Origin: Phoronis australis
Taxonomy: Eukaryota; Animalia; Phoronida
Length of the DNA stretch: 64,000 nt
Direction: 5' to 3'
Assembly (NCBI GenBank): GCA_002633005.1
Contig: NMRA01000190.1
Span: forward strand, 62,001-126,000
A program made the translations under genes and the position numbers. A model generated the notes under the pieces. The model was not told where the DNA came from and did not search any database. It saw only the letters and a list, made by a program, of their open reading frames with translations. Below are positions 1 to 14,140 of the stretch, one piece after another (within the stretch, counting starts at the first letter, position 1; every line of letters starts with the position of its first letter).

Positions 1-650
1 TGTTCACTTGTATAAATTTTCATATTTTTTACTCTATATAGCTTTTTGAAATGAAAACAAATTCTCGCTTTGTTATAAATTACTTATACTAAGAACATTA
101 ATTTTCTGAGATGAGTCAGTGATGAATTGGCAATATGGTTTTCGTGGAGATTTCAAATATTGTCACCACGTTGATCTGAAGAGCGTAGACTGAGTTTCAA
201 TTTGAAAGTGAGATCCCCCACTTGCTCATGTAGGGATCATGCATCAGTGAACTCTTAGGGAAATGACACAAATTCACACTTGGTGACAGCTTGTTCAAAA
301 ATTGATGTATGTGACCTATTTGTGTGCACCAGTCTCCCTGTGGTGATGTAAATGTGAAAAAGGTTAGTAGATCTGATATTGGATGATACGGTTATCTCTC
401 TCTGTGCTTCGACTTCTTTATCACTCCAGAAAGAATTGAGCCAATGCTTTTTCTGTTCCATCTTTAAGCTGTTAAAAATGAATCGGTCAATTTTTACTCC
501 ATCCCAAATGCTTTTTTGTGATTGTAGTACTTAGCATTTCATTCAATGTTGCTTCCTGTTGGTCACAACTGGAATTAACGGTAAAATCTCATCAATTTAG
601 GACACAAAATGGCAGACAAGGGAAATTTTATTTTATCATCTGTTTCATAA

Positions 651-780
651 GGCTCATTCATACTGACTTAACTCCTGTCTGAGTGGAGCATCGACATAAG
701 AAGCGCAGTTAACTGGATCGTTCATACTGCCTTCGGTAGTTAATACAAGTAAACGGGAGGTGATGTTGTCGTCATTGAAG
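651..780 (-). mobile_element. MITE family A, truncated inverted copy
   Basis: Reverse complement of the 8455-8624 end (GGCTCATTCATACTGACTTAACTCC...GAGTGGAGCATCGACATAA), preceded by TAA. Confidence 0.7.
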
Positions 781-790
781 CTATCGCCAT

Positions 791-913
791 AGCCCCCCTA
801 AAATTCTCCCAGATGTCATTTGGCAGTATGGGGGTGCGAGTGTCGGACGGGCAAAATCTTGGCTAATACTCTGCCCTGCCTCCCCCCAACTCAAAGTCCT
901 GGATCCACCCCTG
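791..913. mobile_element. MITE family B, partial copy
   Basis: Aligns with 57915-58070 (CCCCCCTAAAATT...GGCAAAATC...GGCTAATACTCTGCC...CCTGGATCCRCCCCTG). Confidence 0.7.
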
Positions 914-1444
914 ATAACTACCAAACCTACCATCAGAAAATATTTTTAAAAGTTAAGGGTATTTACAGCAATGTTAGAAGAGATGGAAATTTGCGATTAT
1001 TTTTGTTCAAAATTGGTGATATTTTAAGTGAGTTTCAATTAGACAACTAAGTCCCAGCACACAACAAATCATCGTCTCAAGTCCTAGTCCAACTGGCACA
1101 AATTGCATGGCTAAATTTGATTTGACAAGGAATGTTTTAAGTTTTCTTATTAGCTTTAAAAAAGCTGGTAGTGCTGTTAATACATTGACAGTGATAATTA
1201 CCAAGATAGACTTTTGGATTTTGATGATCACAGTAAAAATTCTCCGGTTTGGGATATAGAAATTCAAGTTGCAGTTGAATTTTATTGATTCTGAAGATTG
1301 TGACATGGTCAATTTTGGTGATCATCTTATTTCTGATATATCAGCCTGCACTTTGTAGTCAACAGAGTCTGAAAATATACTTGGCAATTGATGGAATTGT
1401 CAAAAAGGTCATTGACGCGACATTTTCATGCATGAGTCTTTGTA

Positions 1445-1477
<33 letters not shown>

Positions 1478-1478
1478 A
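1445..1478. repeat. (TA)n microsatellite
   Basis: Direct inspection. Confidence 0.9.
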
Positions 1479-2543
1479 GTGTATATATTTATTATTTATT
1501 ATTATAGTGACTTGAATGCAGGGCAGTATATATGTTGTCGTCATTGATCGTTTGTTATTGATCCTAGTTCTTGATTTGGGACAGCCATTCTGGCATATTT
1601 ATAAAATTTGACAGAAACCCCAACCTTAATAATTAATTTCCACTGTCCCAATAGTTTTTTTTTTACTTTATCAAAGCCTTGCTATTAATCATTTATGTCA
1701 AGAGATTAATTAAATTTCGTTCCACTTAGTTTCGAATATCGTTCGTATTTGTGGAGCTCAGGTGGAAAACTAATGAAAAATTAGTCTAGTATATCACCAT
1801 GACAACATTTTGACGATGTTCAATAGGGATTTTGGGAATTGATCAATATTTGCTGAATGCATCTAATGAAGTCAGATATTTGTGTGAACTTGACGAAAAC
1901 TATTAGGGTAAATAAAATAATGTGTTGACAAGTTGTGGCTTGGGTTGCATGACTTGTAAGTAGTGAAAGTTTTATTTCCTATACCTCCGTTATGGTAATA
2001 GTTTCCAACGCATGCTCCTTCTTAAATCTGCAGTTCTTTCACTGCAAATTTTTAAGTATTTGAGGAAACTTGGAAAATAGTTTTTATCAATTAAAATGTT
2101 ATGAAATTGTCATGTAATGGTGGATTGTTTTAAAACATTCATGCTAAGATGCATATTCATTTATTATACATCCAGTGATACTTGTATTCCATAAGACCTG
2201 TGGTATCGCCAACTTGCTGAATGTTCGTTGTTGCATTTGACAGTGAAAGAAGTAGTGGAAACATTTATTTTCCAACACATCTGCATTGCCAAATTAAGGG
2301 CCTTTCACAAACTTCAACTGCTTAGCCCAAACTTAGTCTTTGAATTGGTATACCGAGTCTACTTGTATGGTTTCTAAGTCATCTCCACACTGCCAGTTAT
2401 ACTCTTGCCTGAGCACAAGTTGCCCCCAATCAGCTAAACATCGATAGTGTACCCTCTACACCTCGTGGCAAACATAGTGCAAAGGTATCACCGTCGACAC
2501 GTGAAGTGTATGCAACTGAGCCTGCGTAGATAGTAATTAGTTA

Positions 2544-3033
2544 AGTGCCGTTCACACACATACTTACTGTAGGAAAGGTTACTCGTGGAATGAGTTTAAG
2601 GACTGTGTGGATGCTAAGTTCCATCCATACACAGCATACCCTAGAACATCTCACTCTTGTGCAACTTACTCCTGTTAAAAGGGGAGCGTCCACACACGCA
2701 CGCACGCACGCACACACACACACACACATATATATGATAACTAGGGTAAGGCGAAAATTGTTGCCCTGTGCGTGATAATGAACACCTAAAGCGAGTGCAA
2801 CGCATAACAGAAAACCCAACTGCAGCTGATAATTACTTGCGCCTTGCCCCAGGTTTGTGGTCACACAGGAATTAGAAGTACCACAAGTGACCCCACCTCC
2901 ATAACGTGAAGTAAGTTGTCACAAGTAGCATAAGTTGAGCTAGTTCAAGTAGCGTCCACACAGCACTTAAACCTAGCGACAACTCGTTCCAGGAGTAACT
3001 TGCTGTAGGGTAAGTTTGTGTGTGGATGGCACT
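2544..3033. mobile_element. Tourist-like MITE containing a (CGCA)n(CA)n microsatellite
   Basis: TIRs GTGCCGTTCACACACATACTTAC / GTAAGTTTGTGTGTGGATGGCAC (20 of 23 match); a related inverted copy lies at about 3040-3430. Confidence 0.72.
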
Positions 3034-3487
3034 CTATTTAATCTAGTGCAACTTACCCCTCTTGTGGCAACTTAATTCACCTTATCGAGGTCGGGGAACA
3101 TGTTCTTGGGTATCGTGTGTGCGGCACATCTAATGGCTGTGTGACCACAAACCTGGGACTAGGTGGAAGTAACTATCAGCCGCAGTTTCATGCAGACATG
3201 TCTTCTTTTGTGTGCCTTATTCATATCAGCTGTTCATTTTCATGCACAGAGTGACAATTTCTGGATGTGTGTGCGTGTGTAGACATTCCACTTAAAAGTG
3301 GGTTAAGTTGCACTTTAAGTGCAAGTTGTTCTAGGGCAAGCTGTGTGTAGATGGAACTTTTGGTCTTGTCAGCTGAAGTTTGCTCCACCTGCAGTTTGCG
3401 TTTGGGCACATGACCCTAGGATAAATTACCTTACCTCTCAGTCAAGTTTGAGACATTTTTCAGCGGAACTCACATGTTGTATGTTTG

Positions 3488-3600
3488 GAGGGGCGGATCC
3501 AGAATTTTGAGTTAGGGGGGAGGGGGACAGGGCACAGCATTAGCCAGGAGAGTTTTAGGGGGGCCATGGCCCCTTTGGCCCCCATCTAAATCCGCCACTG
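3488..3600. mobile_element. Short GC-rich hAT-like MITE family B (ends CAGGGGCGGATCCAG / CAGTGGCGGATTTAG)
   Basis: AGGGGCGGATCCAGAATT...CTAAATCCGCCACTG; related copies at 791-913, 57887-58070 and 58905-58950, plus a degenerate one at 31973-32115. Confidence 0.75.
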
Positions 3601-6600
3601 GTTTGATACCAAGCATTGGATTCTTAATGTGGTATAATTTCACTAATTTAGAACACAATATGGCATAAAATCAAAATGTTGTTTTAAATTTTTCATTTTT
3701 TTACAAAAGATCATCGAACAAATACTTTGTCATTATTGTCCATAGTTACAAGCAGACAATATTTTGAGAAACTGTGTGCATCACAACAAAATTATGAAGA
3801 CTTTGATAAGGATTAAAAGATACGTTTTTGCAATTGTTTTTGGCCAAAATTGAAAGAATTTTTCCATACTTGCATCTAAGCCCTTGACAGAATGTACATT
3901 TGGACATGTTGATAATCATTATGTAGAACACTGTGTGCGTATGTCACGTTGCCCTGAGTGTCAATTCTAGTGTTGTCCACCCTATTACTAAACCAAGCTG
4001 CAACTTTTCACAGGAATAACTTGTTGTAGAGTGTGTAATTGGCTGGTTTAAAGTAGCAGTGTGCTCCACAACAGAAAATTCAAACTTGACTGGAATTACA
4101 AAATTCAAGTATGTGTTTGGAAGTCCATGTCCATACTATGGGGAGTTTGTGTGTTAAGTCTTAGAATAAATGCTTTGAGCTGGTACCAAAAATCCAAAAT
4201 TTCCTAATTTACTTAAGAATTAACTAATCTCCCAATATTTTATATTTGTTGCATAGGTTTTCAAACGCAATGCGAGTAAGCTAAACTGGTCACGACAAAA
4301 TTCAAACTCGATACAGTGACGAGTCAAACAGCTTGTGGAGTACACTGAGTGGTAGTTGTTTTGCTGGTGCAGGGTTGTGCAGTCGCTAGCTTTTTGCGCG
4401 AAACCACTAAGATGGCATTCTGTGGTAGTCTTGCTTGTGCAATCTCGCCAAACATGCCCACTCCTGTTCAGGGGATGTCTCTCAGGTGTTGCATGCACAG
4501 TATACCAATACCGCACCACCTTGTAGTTTGAGAGGGATTTTCCCACAGTTATTCTACTGTGTTGTTTTGTTCACTTTATTGTCACTGCTCACTAATGGTG
4601 ACACTTTGAACAGTACCATTCCTTCTTTTGTCAACCAGTTCAGTCATTTCTATTCTTCTTCAGAATAAGCTTTTGTATAAAGTACCTCATACATATACTT
4701 CCTCATTTTTCACTTCTAACATATCAAAATATTTATGAGGCCCATTGTGAACCATGTAGATAGTAGATCTCTGTAATTAAAAATAAAATATGTGGTGCTT
4801 TTTGATTAAAATATGAAGTCTCATTTTAAGTCCTTCAGTGATGTATATATCTGAGTTAGTTGGTTTCAGCTTGACATGAATAACATAGGATCAGCTAAAT
4901 CACTTGTTACCTGTATGGGACCGAGAGCTTTAGTAGCAATCCATTCCAACCAAATGATTCTCAGCATTAGTGGAGATGTTAGGTGATAAAACTTATCAGT
5001 TTTCATTGTCTTTTTCCATATACTTTGTACTTCAGACTAACATTGGCTTTGTTTTGTATGAGAAATCTATATGATGGGTAGGTTGTTTTCAGACTTTTGT
5101 AAGGCCTAAAGATAGCTTTTGTGTTTTGTACAGTTCCCTCTAGTTTCATCAGTCAAAGAGAGTTAGACAGTATGCCTCTGTAACCATTTTATAAGACTGT
5201 GTGTTGAGCTGTTATCACTAAACTTTACAACATGCTCTAAGATCTGTCCTTGTCATTTTTGTGAGTAGAAATTGTCAAGATATTTTCTAAAGTTATAAAA
5301 ATGTTTTCATTTTAGCCAACTTTACTACTCGGCATTTTGAAAACAGAAGTCAGGCAGCAGTTCTCCTAATTTTAACGGTTGATATGTAATAGTTACTCAA
5401 AAATAATTTGTCATGAAAAGTCCTGGCTCATGGTTGTTCTTCTAGGCATTGATTGACACAAAAAATTTGGAATTGGTGGACTGGTTGCAAAGAAATAAGA
5501 ACATGCCCCCCGCCCCGTATTAGTAACCCTGGAAACAAACCTAAATAAGTGTTCTTTGACTGAAGTTGAACAATCGAGCAGTAGTGTTGTTTGGCTAAGA
5601 TAACAAAAAATACATTAAGAAACTCGTTAAACCTACAATTTTTCTGCATCAAATCAGAAGGCCTGTTGCCGAAGAGACCATGGCTTGCATGTTTATGATC
5701 CATGTGACAGTTAATTATTGGATTTTTGTCACTGACTAACTGATGGCTGGAGCTTATCAGCCATGATTACTGTACTTAAAGAAATGTGGTCCACAGCCAA
5801 ATGTCCTTTGATTGCATACATACTGGCTCAGACCAATATCCCCTGTCACAGATTTCAACACATACTCAAAAGGATGTGGAAGGGAAAATCCATGCGATAT
5901 CTCGAACTTGCGAAGACAGGATCAGCGCCATACCATCCCGTAGAATTCAATCCGATGTCCTTGTAACTTAACCTTGGTGGATTATGTACACAACTGATGG
6001 ATTACCTAGGGGATCGTTTTCATTTTTTTGTCGTACATGATTGTTTAGCGTGTGAATGATTTGCAACTTCCTCGACACGACTACCAACAAAGGCAAGGTG
6101 ATTTTTGTGGTAGTAAATATATGTGTCGTGTCAAAGTCAATGAAAACTGAACATTTGACAGTTAATAAAAATGTGTATCACATTTCTTGTAGTGAAACTA
6201 AGAATGAAAAGGTCGTGTTCACAGTAGTTGTAGTCCGGGTGAATTTTCGGCATGGTTTTGAAAGTCAGGAATTGAGATGTAGACTAATTTGAACATAACA
6301 TGCGATTTCGTGCCTTTATGTTCTGCTACAAGTTGACATCATCCTCAAGAGACTTGCAGTGCAAGTGTCTTATGCTGGTTTGTCATCAGACCCTCATTCT
6401 TGCTTTCATTTTTATTTAAATTGCTTTTATCAGCTTGAAGTGAGTCATAGCCATGAAGGAAATCTGCATGTGACAATGAAGCGGTTATGTAACTTGTTTA
6501 TGGAGCAAAGGTTAGTGTGGTTTACATGAAATGCAGCCAGTAATAGGGGAAACAGACAGATTACTTGTGGAAATCACTTTTCAACAACTCTGTGAGAAAA

Positions 6601-7796
6601 ACAAATCAAATTCATTGTTCAATCACCATTTTATTAAAGATTGAAACCAAAACATTGAAGAAAATTTCAAATTGTCAAATTTGTGAAGGCTAATTGATTT
6701 GTGGACCTCAAAACAAATTAGAGTTTACTTGTTTGGAACTGTTTTATATTGAAAAAAATTAATTTTTTAATAAAAATTGAGGTGGTCAGTGGCCAAAGTG
6801 AGTGTTAATTCGAAAGTCTGATCTGATGTGATACTTGCTTATGACTAGATGTTTCTTCTTACATTAAAATCTCTAAGAAATTAGATAATACTATGTTTGG
6901 TAAAAAAATTTTGTTTCGTAATCATCTATTCCATGAGCCGGTTATTTGTTGTAGGACATTAATTATAATCCCTAATTGACTGGAGTCATATCTGCCCCAG
7001 ATTGGGCAGATATTATTGATCAGTGGAAGTAGTATGTACCCCCACAGAAGTAAACTCTTACTCATTATTTGGTTACCAGGTGTATAATTTAATCTCAGAC
7101 CAGTGATGGACACACCCAGATAGGTGTTCTATTTACTCTTGGCAGTTTGAATCGAGTTGAAAAGATAAGTTGAAGTCGTGAAAATAAGTAACATATAGGT
7201 ATCTCCATAATCAGACCCTCCAAATTTAAGCCCACAGGCATGCGGAGTTTTCCCTGGATTTTTATGCCCTCCCCCATTAAGCATGTGGGACAGGGTGCAT
7301 ATTGCCCCCATCTCTGCCCTGGTCTCCAGTGTCTACTCCCGTGTCTCCTAAACCCCAAGCAGGATCTGCAAATGTGTACTTGTTCCAATGCTAGTTTGAT
7401 TCAAAAGACTCTCTACCCCAACTTCAATGTCGCTCTGTAGTGGCCGTCTTAAGTTGCTTCAAATTGCGGCTCAATAGAGTTCATGAAATTTGTTTCATGT
7501 ATTCTTGTTGAGAAGAGCACAGTTGAGGTAGATCTCAAGAGAATTTGAACTTACTGTGGTGTCCCCTTGTGGCAATTTAAGTTTTTGTTCCATATTGCAT
7601 CGAAGCTTTGATGCTCCAATCTTATTACCATTGTTAAAAGGATACTAATTACTAACCCGTTTTGATGATTTTCACCAATCCTCATTCTGTCACCTTCTAA
7701 TGCATCATTGGCACCAATCTTCCAAGTTAAGGGCAAGAATCAATTAAAAATTGTTTTCCTTATGGCACAGATTGGACATTACTATGGTCCTTGAGT

Positions 7797-8624
7797 GGGG
7801 CTTTCATACTAACGTCGACATGTCGATGTTTTGGAGAGCTGCGGTCAGTATGAACGGTTAACTATGGTCCCATCGGAGTTATCACCAGGTGCCACTGTTT
7901 ATCGTCAACTATTAAGGGGTAGTGTCGTCGCTAATAGTTGCTTATATATTTAAATCTAATAATCACCAATCGAATTCTGTGTTCTCATGGACCGCTTTTA
8001 ACGTGTCGCAGCATCCTGTTTAAATGTCCTGCGTCCTGTTTAAAAATCTCGCGACCGGTTTAAAAAATTAGCGACCAGTTTGTAAAGAGCCATCATCAAT
8101 AAGATCTTCATTTCTTCAAATTACGCTTGACAACAACTGGCCATTGCCCATTGAAACTGAATAAAGGCTCAGCAGTCAGTTCTCAAATGCCGTAAGTTGG
8201 CAATCTCACTCAAGCAGCAGTCCTGGCTGGTAATTTGTTTATGATGTAACAGAGCTTGTAAGTAATCTTTTCAATTCAGCAAGAACAACTAGATATCGTC
8301 AATTAAAGTTAAATAAAAGCCCAGTTGCCACTTGTTTACACACCTTATACACTATCTGCTCAATGGAAAAATTAGTTTCATGTGAATGAGCACATGTAAA
8401 TGTTCCCAAATTGTCACATTAAAAAATCTTAGCATTCAGCGCTACCTTACGATTACTTCAATGACAACAGCGTCACCTATCCTTTACTTCAATGTACGTT
8501 AACTACGGAAGTTGATATGAACTTCAATACGTTAACTACGGAAGTTGGTATGAACGCTTTAGTTAACTTTGCAGTTTATGTCGACGCTCCACTCAGACTG
8601 GGGTTAAGTCGGTATGAAAAGGCC
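7797..8624. mobile_element. Harbinger/Tourist-like MITE family A, longest copy
   Basis: Ends GGGCTTTCATAC...GTATGAAAAGGCC; homologous to 14948-15400 and, inverted, to 651-780; internal tandem duplication of about 32 bp near 8485-8555. Confidence 0.75.
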
Positions 8625-9271
8625 TACAGTTGCGGTGTAATATCACTATAGGCAGAGGTTACGCTTGCTCGTTAGCAGACTTTGAAAGGAGTTTTCAAAA
8701 TTTCCTCAAAACTTTTGAGGGTTGTCAAGGGTTGCAAAGCACTATTTTGTTTTGAGATCTGTATGAGAAAGTCGTTTGTAGTAGGCCAAAACCGGGTTTG
8801 GTTTGTCAAATCCACCTGTTTTCACCAACTTGCTTCTTAACTTTAATCTATTTAGGACATAATTTACTTGGGGATATTTTCGTATACTTTCCAAAACATG
8901 GATGTGTTGACCTTGATGTGAAAAAGACCTTAAAAACATCCAGAACATTGCTGATCTGTGAATCGTTGTTTGGTGGGCAAAATTATCCATCATTCTTATC
9001 TCATGTCTGTCAACTTGGCATTTTCATGTGGGATACAAGCCAATGATAATTTAATTCCATCAACCTTCCAGTGAGCGAGAATGTTTCAGTTGCTTTGTTC
9101 TGACTCGTGAGTAATCTAATTTTCAATTTCATCAAGTTACATAGGGAGGGACTTGGAGGTGTTTTCATGGAGCACATATGATTGGAATTCATGGATGTTT
9201 CAAATCATGATCAGAGTCTCTTGGAACTGCCGTGGCCGTCCAGTTTTAGAAAAGGACAGCTTGAATGTGTT

Positions 9272-9482
9272 CACTGATGCAGCCTACTTTGTTATCAACT
9301 CAACATTAATGGCAAGAGTTCTATGGCAACACTGTTTGGCTTAATTATGACCCTCCCCCAATTCATGCAACCGACACTGATGCAGCCTACTTCGTTATCA
9401 ACTCTAACGTTAATGGCAAGAGTTCTATGGCAACACTGCTTGGCTTAATTATGACCCTCCCCCAATTCATGCAACCGACACT
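9272..9482. repeat. Two-copy tandem duplication, unit about 103 bp
   Basis: CACTGATGCAGCCTAC...CATGCAACCGA repeated at 9272 and 9375 with a few substitutions and a 1-nt indel. Confidence 0.92.
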
Positions 9483-12400
9483 TTGTTGAAAGTGCTCGTG
9501 TCTTTGATTGCCCATCTTGAGCAACTTTTATATACCCTAATATGCACAAAGACTTACAACTTCGAGTAGCGAAACAGTCAAGGGTCAGCAATTGGTTAAA
9601 TATCTACAGGTATCCTCCTACATTTTTAATTGACTTTTCTGCAAGTTCCTTCGGGTAAACGCCTCCTCACACCTACAAAATTTTGTTTTTACGCCCATGC
9701 AGAGCTCAATACACTCATCCGTCTCTATAGCGATGCCTTATAAAGGTAAACCTGGATAATTGAAAAATAAACTCTAACCAAACTACCTTCAAGACAATGA
9801 ATTACAAATGAATTGAACATGAAGTTGGCTGTCAGAAGTCTGAGCATGATTTCTCATAGCCGTGTGGGTCAAGTGGGTCCCCCAAATCCTGGACCTGTTC
9901 ATTGAAGTTGCATGGCAAGTTTAATCTTAATAATTTCCATTGGAATGTTTGATCAAACACTTGACACCTGGGATTGCTTTTAGCTCTGCTGTTTGCATTT
10001 TCACACCTCGGTGTACATTTTTCCAGTCCATCTATTAATAGATCTGATGATATGAGCTCGTAGTAATATCTGTTTTTAGCTTTACAAAGGAAATGTTGCA
10101 CACATCCAGCACTTTTGGTGCCAAGAACTCTATAACTTTTCAATCATGCAGACACTGACTTTACTGTATAAAATGGGCCTTCACTTGTGCCCTACTTAAC
10201 ATTTTTGATATCTGGCTAGGGAAGTTGGCAAATCATAAATGCTTATGACAAAAGTATTAGTATGATCAAGTTGATAAGTCGAATCAGTTTATTCGTATAT
10301 GTGGCTCCTTGCAAACGAAAAACTGGATCAGTGCCTGAGACCTGTTTCGGCTTAACTGCATTTTTTTCTATTTAAAATTTAGCGTATTGATGGCTTAGCC
10401 TTTTCCATGAAAACTGACTGAGGCAGAAAGTCAAAAGGTCTCTCCAACTCATCAGTCAAAAGATAGAAATCTGGTCAGCTTGACTAGATGGAAGACTCAA
10501 TGTTTTGAGAAACGTATAGCATAGGTCAAAAAATCATCTTTTGGTTAATTGTAGTCAGTTTTGTCTTACGGATAAAAACATAAGCCAACTGTCTTCTAGA
10601 AGTAGGCAATAAGTCCCGTTTAGACATCAACTTTTGACCCGGCACAACTGACATGGAGCAAATTGACTCGTGTCAAGCGGCCGTTTACACACACAAGTCA
10701 CTAACTGGCAAGATGGAAATTGCAGGTTGGAGAGACTGGATCGCACATGCGCAGGTTTATAAGCGCTGTAGAGATGATCCTTTCCGCCTTGCTCCAGTTT
10801 CACGTTTAGACTTATAATTGACACGGCGCAAGATGTTCGGGCGCAAATTGCTCTACCTCACAAACGGGTGGCAAAAATTTGTCACCGTGGTGTCAATTTG
10901 CTCCTTGTTAGTCCGCTTACGCACTGGAACAACTCGTTTCATGTCAGCTGATCCGTAGTGTGAACTTAGTAAGTGTGAATGGCACTCTAGAGTACTAGAT
11001 GGAGTTACTTGTTTGAGCCCTGCAGCAATGCTTACCGTATTATTGTGCAATTTGTACTGTCAATCAGGTGTTCAGGGTGTATGAGGGCACCCTTAAGGCT
11101 GTTTAAATGTCTTTCTGCACAGGATTAAACAAATACTGACCATTTAGTTGTGGCATTAATATTCAGGGAATTGTTCAAATTGTTTACATGTGGTTTCCAA
11201 ATGTGGGTTTGGCAATAATAATTTACTTTTCCATGGTGGCACACATGTTCTGCTTAATGAGCAGTGTTTCCTTCCGTTAAATGGTAAATGCCAGTATGGC
11301 AAGAAATTTTTTAAGGCTGCCCGGAATTTTGTATCCATAACATCCTTGGGGGCAAAGTATTTGCGCACTTACTTAAGGTATGAGCCAACTGGATATTCCA
11401 AATTTTGGGCATTTGTTTCCCCCAAAACAAGTAACCGCTGAACCAAAGATTCTGGTCACCCAAGACCTTTGAAGTTGAAGTAGTAACACAAAGAACAAAG
11501 GATTTGCCATAACAGTAAGGCTTTTTGCCGAAGCCAGAGTTAAATCGCTGCTCTCTAACTGACAGGTGTGTTAGAGTAGCCTAGCCAAGTTCGCAATTTG
11601 AAGTAAGAGAAAAGTTAACGTTGAAAAATATGCCCAAATTCTAAGACTGACCTGCTGTACAAATGTTATCAAAGTCGTTGAAAATGCAATCTAGATAAAT
11701 CTAAGCACAAACTCGCTCCATTTGTTCTCTCTGTTGAAATTTTTGAACTACAATGATTGAAAAAGTTCCTGTCGAAAAACATCCATGAGACATAGGTCAA
11801 ATGTCATATTTATGCACGAGAATGATGCAGTGCAAATTTCATGCTGCACTGGTTAAGTATTCAATAACTGTTTTGCATGAAACAGAAAGAGGGATGCTGA
11901 ATTTATAAGACGGAATGCGAAATTCTGTTATTGGATGATTGTGTTTGCTCCTTTGTCACTTTGGTACATGGAAAAATAGGTCAGCCACAAACACCTGATC
12001 CCAATGTTTGGCACTGAATGACATGCCATGTATGTATAAATAGGTCAACCACAAATACGTTGCCAGGATATGGCTCTTAAAACTGTGAGAAACGGTAAAT
12101 GAATATTTTAAAGAATAAATTTGTCGCGTAGTATTGAGAGGCTGTGGTGAACTAAGACCTGGTACATGTTAATCTCAACAACGCAGCCATTTGTATTACA
12201 CTGTAGAAACTGTAACAATACAATGTTCCCGGCGACCACTGCCACTGGTGACAACTGTAACTTCACATGCTATGAACATTCCCACTAAATAAAATTGGTT
12301 CTAACCCCGGTGTTTAAGGTAAACGGCGGGGTATGGAAAATTGAACTAGACCGTATTTATCCACCTTGGCTGAGACGCGCTCGGCTCATGCTCAAAGGGA

Positions 12401-12500
12401 TGCCGCCAAGCTGCTCTATTCATCGAGTCACGAGCGAGGATAATTGACTTCGCTCATGCGGATATGATCAGCTGATTACAGTCTAGCCTAACAACTGTAC

Positions 12501-13394
12501 NNNNNNNNNNNNNNNNNNNNNNNNNNNNNNNNNNNNNNNNNNNNNNNNNNNNNNNNNNNNNNNNNNNNNNNNNNNNNNNNNNNNNNNNNNNNNNNNNNNN
12601 NNNNNNNNNNNNNNNNNNNNNNNNNNNNNNNNNNNNNNNNNNNNNNNNNNNNNNNNNNNNNNNNNNNNNNNNNNNNNNNNNNNNNNNNNNNNNNNNNNNN
12701 NNNNNNNNNNNNNNNNNNNNNNNNNNNNNNNNNNNNNNNNNNNNNNNNNNNNNNNNNNNNNNNNNNNNNNNNNNNNNNNNNNNNNNNNNNNNNNNNNNNN
12801 NNNNNNNNNNNNNNNNNNNNNNNNNNNNNNNNNNNNNNNNNNNNNNNNNNNNNNNNNNNNNNNNNNNNNNNNNNNNNNNNNNNNNNNNNNNNNNNNNNNN
12901 NNNNNNNNNNNNNNNNNNNNNNNNNNNNNNNNNNNNNNNNNNNNNNNNNNNNNNNNNNNNNNNNNNNNNNNNNNNNNNNNNNNNNNNNNNNNNNNNNNNN
13001 NNNNNNNNNNNNNNNNNNNNNNNNNNNNNNNNNNNNNNNNNNNNNNNNNNNNNNNNNNNNNNNNNNNNNNNNNNNNNNNNNNNNNNNNNNNNNNNNNNNN
13101 NNNNNNNNNNNNNNNNNNNNNNNNNNNNNNNNNNNNNNNNNNNNNNNNNNNNNNNNNNNNNNNNNNNNNNNNNNNNNNNNNNNNNNNNNNNNNNNNNNNN
13201 NNNNNNNNNNNNNNNNNNNNNNNNNNNNNNNNNNNNNNNNNNNNNNNNNNNNNNNNNNNNNNNNNNNNNNNNNNNNNNNNNNNNNNNNNNNNNNNNNNNN
13301 NNNNNNNNNNNNNNNNNNNNNNNNNNNNNNNNNNNNNNNNNNNNNNNNNNNNNNNNNNNNNNNNNNNNNNNNNNNNNNNNNNNNNNNNNNNNNN
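12501..13394. other. Assembly gap (894 N)
   Basis: Run of N; the 305-aa ORF in the track is an artefact of it. Confidence 0.99.
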
Positions 13395-14030
13395 AAATTC
13401 GTCACAAAGCGTAAATTTTATGAATCCTAGCTTCCGATTTTACCCGTTTGGGAAACCGGCTTTCAACTGCTGTAGGCTACAATAAGAATCCCCTCCCCGT
13501 GAAATGATTTTTTCTAAGCGTTTATTAGAGCCAATACAGTATACAGCTTTCCACCAAGGCTAGATGATACTAGGACACTATTCTTTGTTGCATAAGCAAC
13601 TGGTCTTGGCTAATATTATCATTTTATGGCCTGGTCATCCATTCAGCCAAAAGTAGTTCCAGAGGTGGCTTATCAGCCAATTATTCACGCATGCTGACTC
13701 ACAATAGAAGCCTGATAAGAGTGAAGGTGGATAAATGTGGTGGTCCTACAGTTTCTTGTTTTAGTGGATGTGTTCACGACATGATGATTGTGAAATGGCA
13801 AAAACGAGTGGAAAAATAGAACTTCACTTTAATGTGTACCCTCTGACACAGGTCATACGTCATTGTTTCAATTTTCATCCAAGAAAGTCAACTAAGTAAA
13901 TATGTTGATTTTCTTTTGGGACCGTAATTTAATTAAGTAGTCGTCAGTCGTGACGGGACCCACGTTTCAAAAACCTATCGAAACCACTGATGAATATTTG
14001 TTGTGTGGGCAGTTGGTGATAATGTTACAT

Positions 14031-14140
14031 TCATGATGTCTACAACTTGGCACTGTATGTGCCAGTACACAGCCTATGTTACAGTCATGATGTCTACAAC
14101 TTGGCAGTTGGCACTGTATGTGCCAGTACACAGCCCATGG
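14031..14140. repeat. Two-copy tandem duplication, unit about 55 bp
   Basis: TCATGATGTCTACAACTTGGCA...GCCAGTACACAGCC occurs twice. Confidence 0.88.

Noticed and set aside
10650-10910. Inverted repeat GGAGCAAATTGAC / GTCAATTTGCTCC
   Set aside because: Probably an old MITE remnant, but no clear termini or TSD.
12488-13405. 305-aa ORF in the track
   Set aside because: Made almost entirely of N from the assembly gap.
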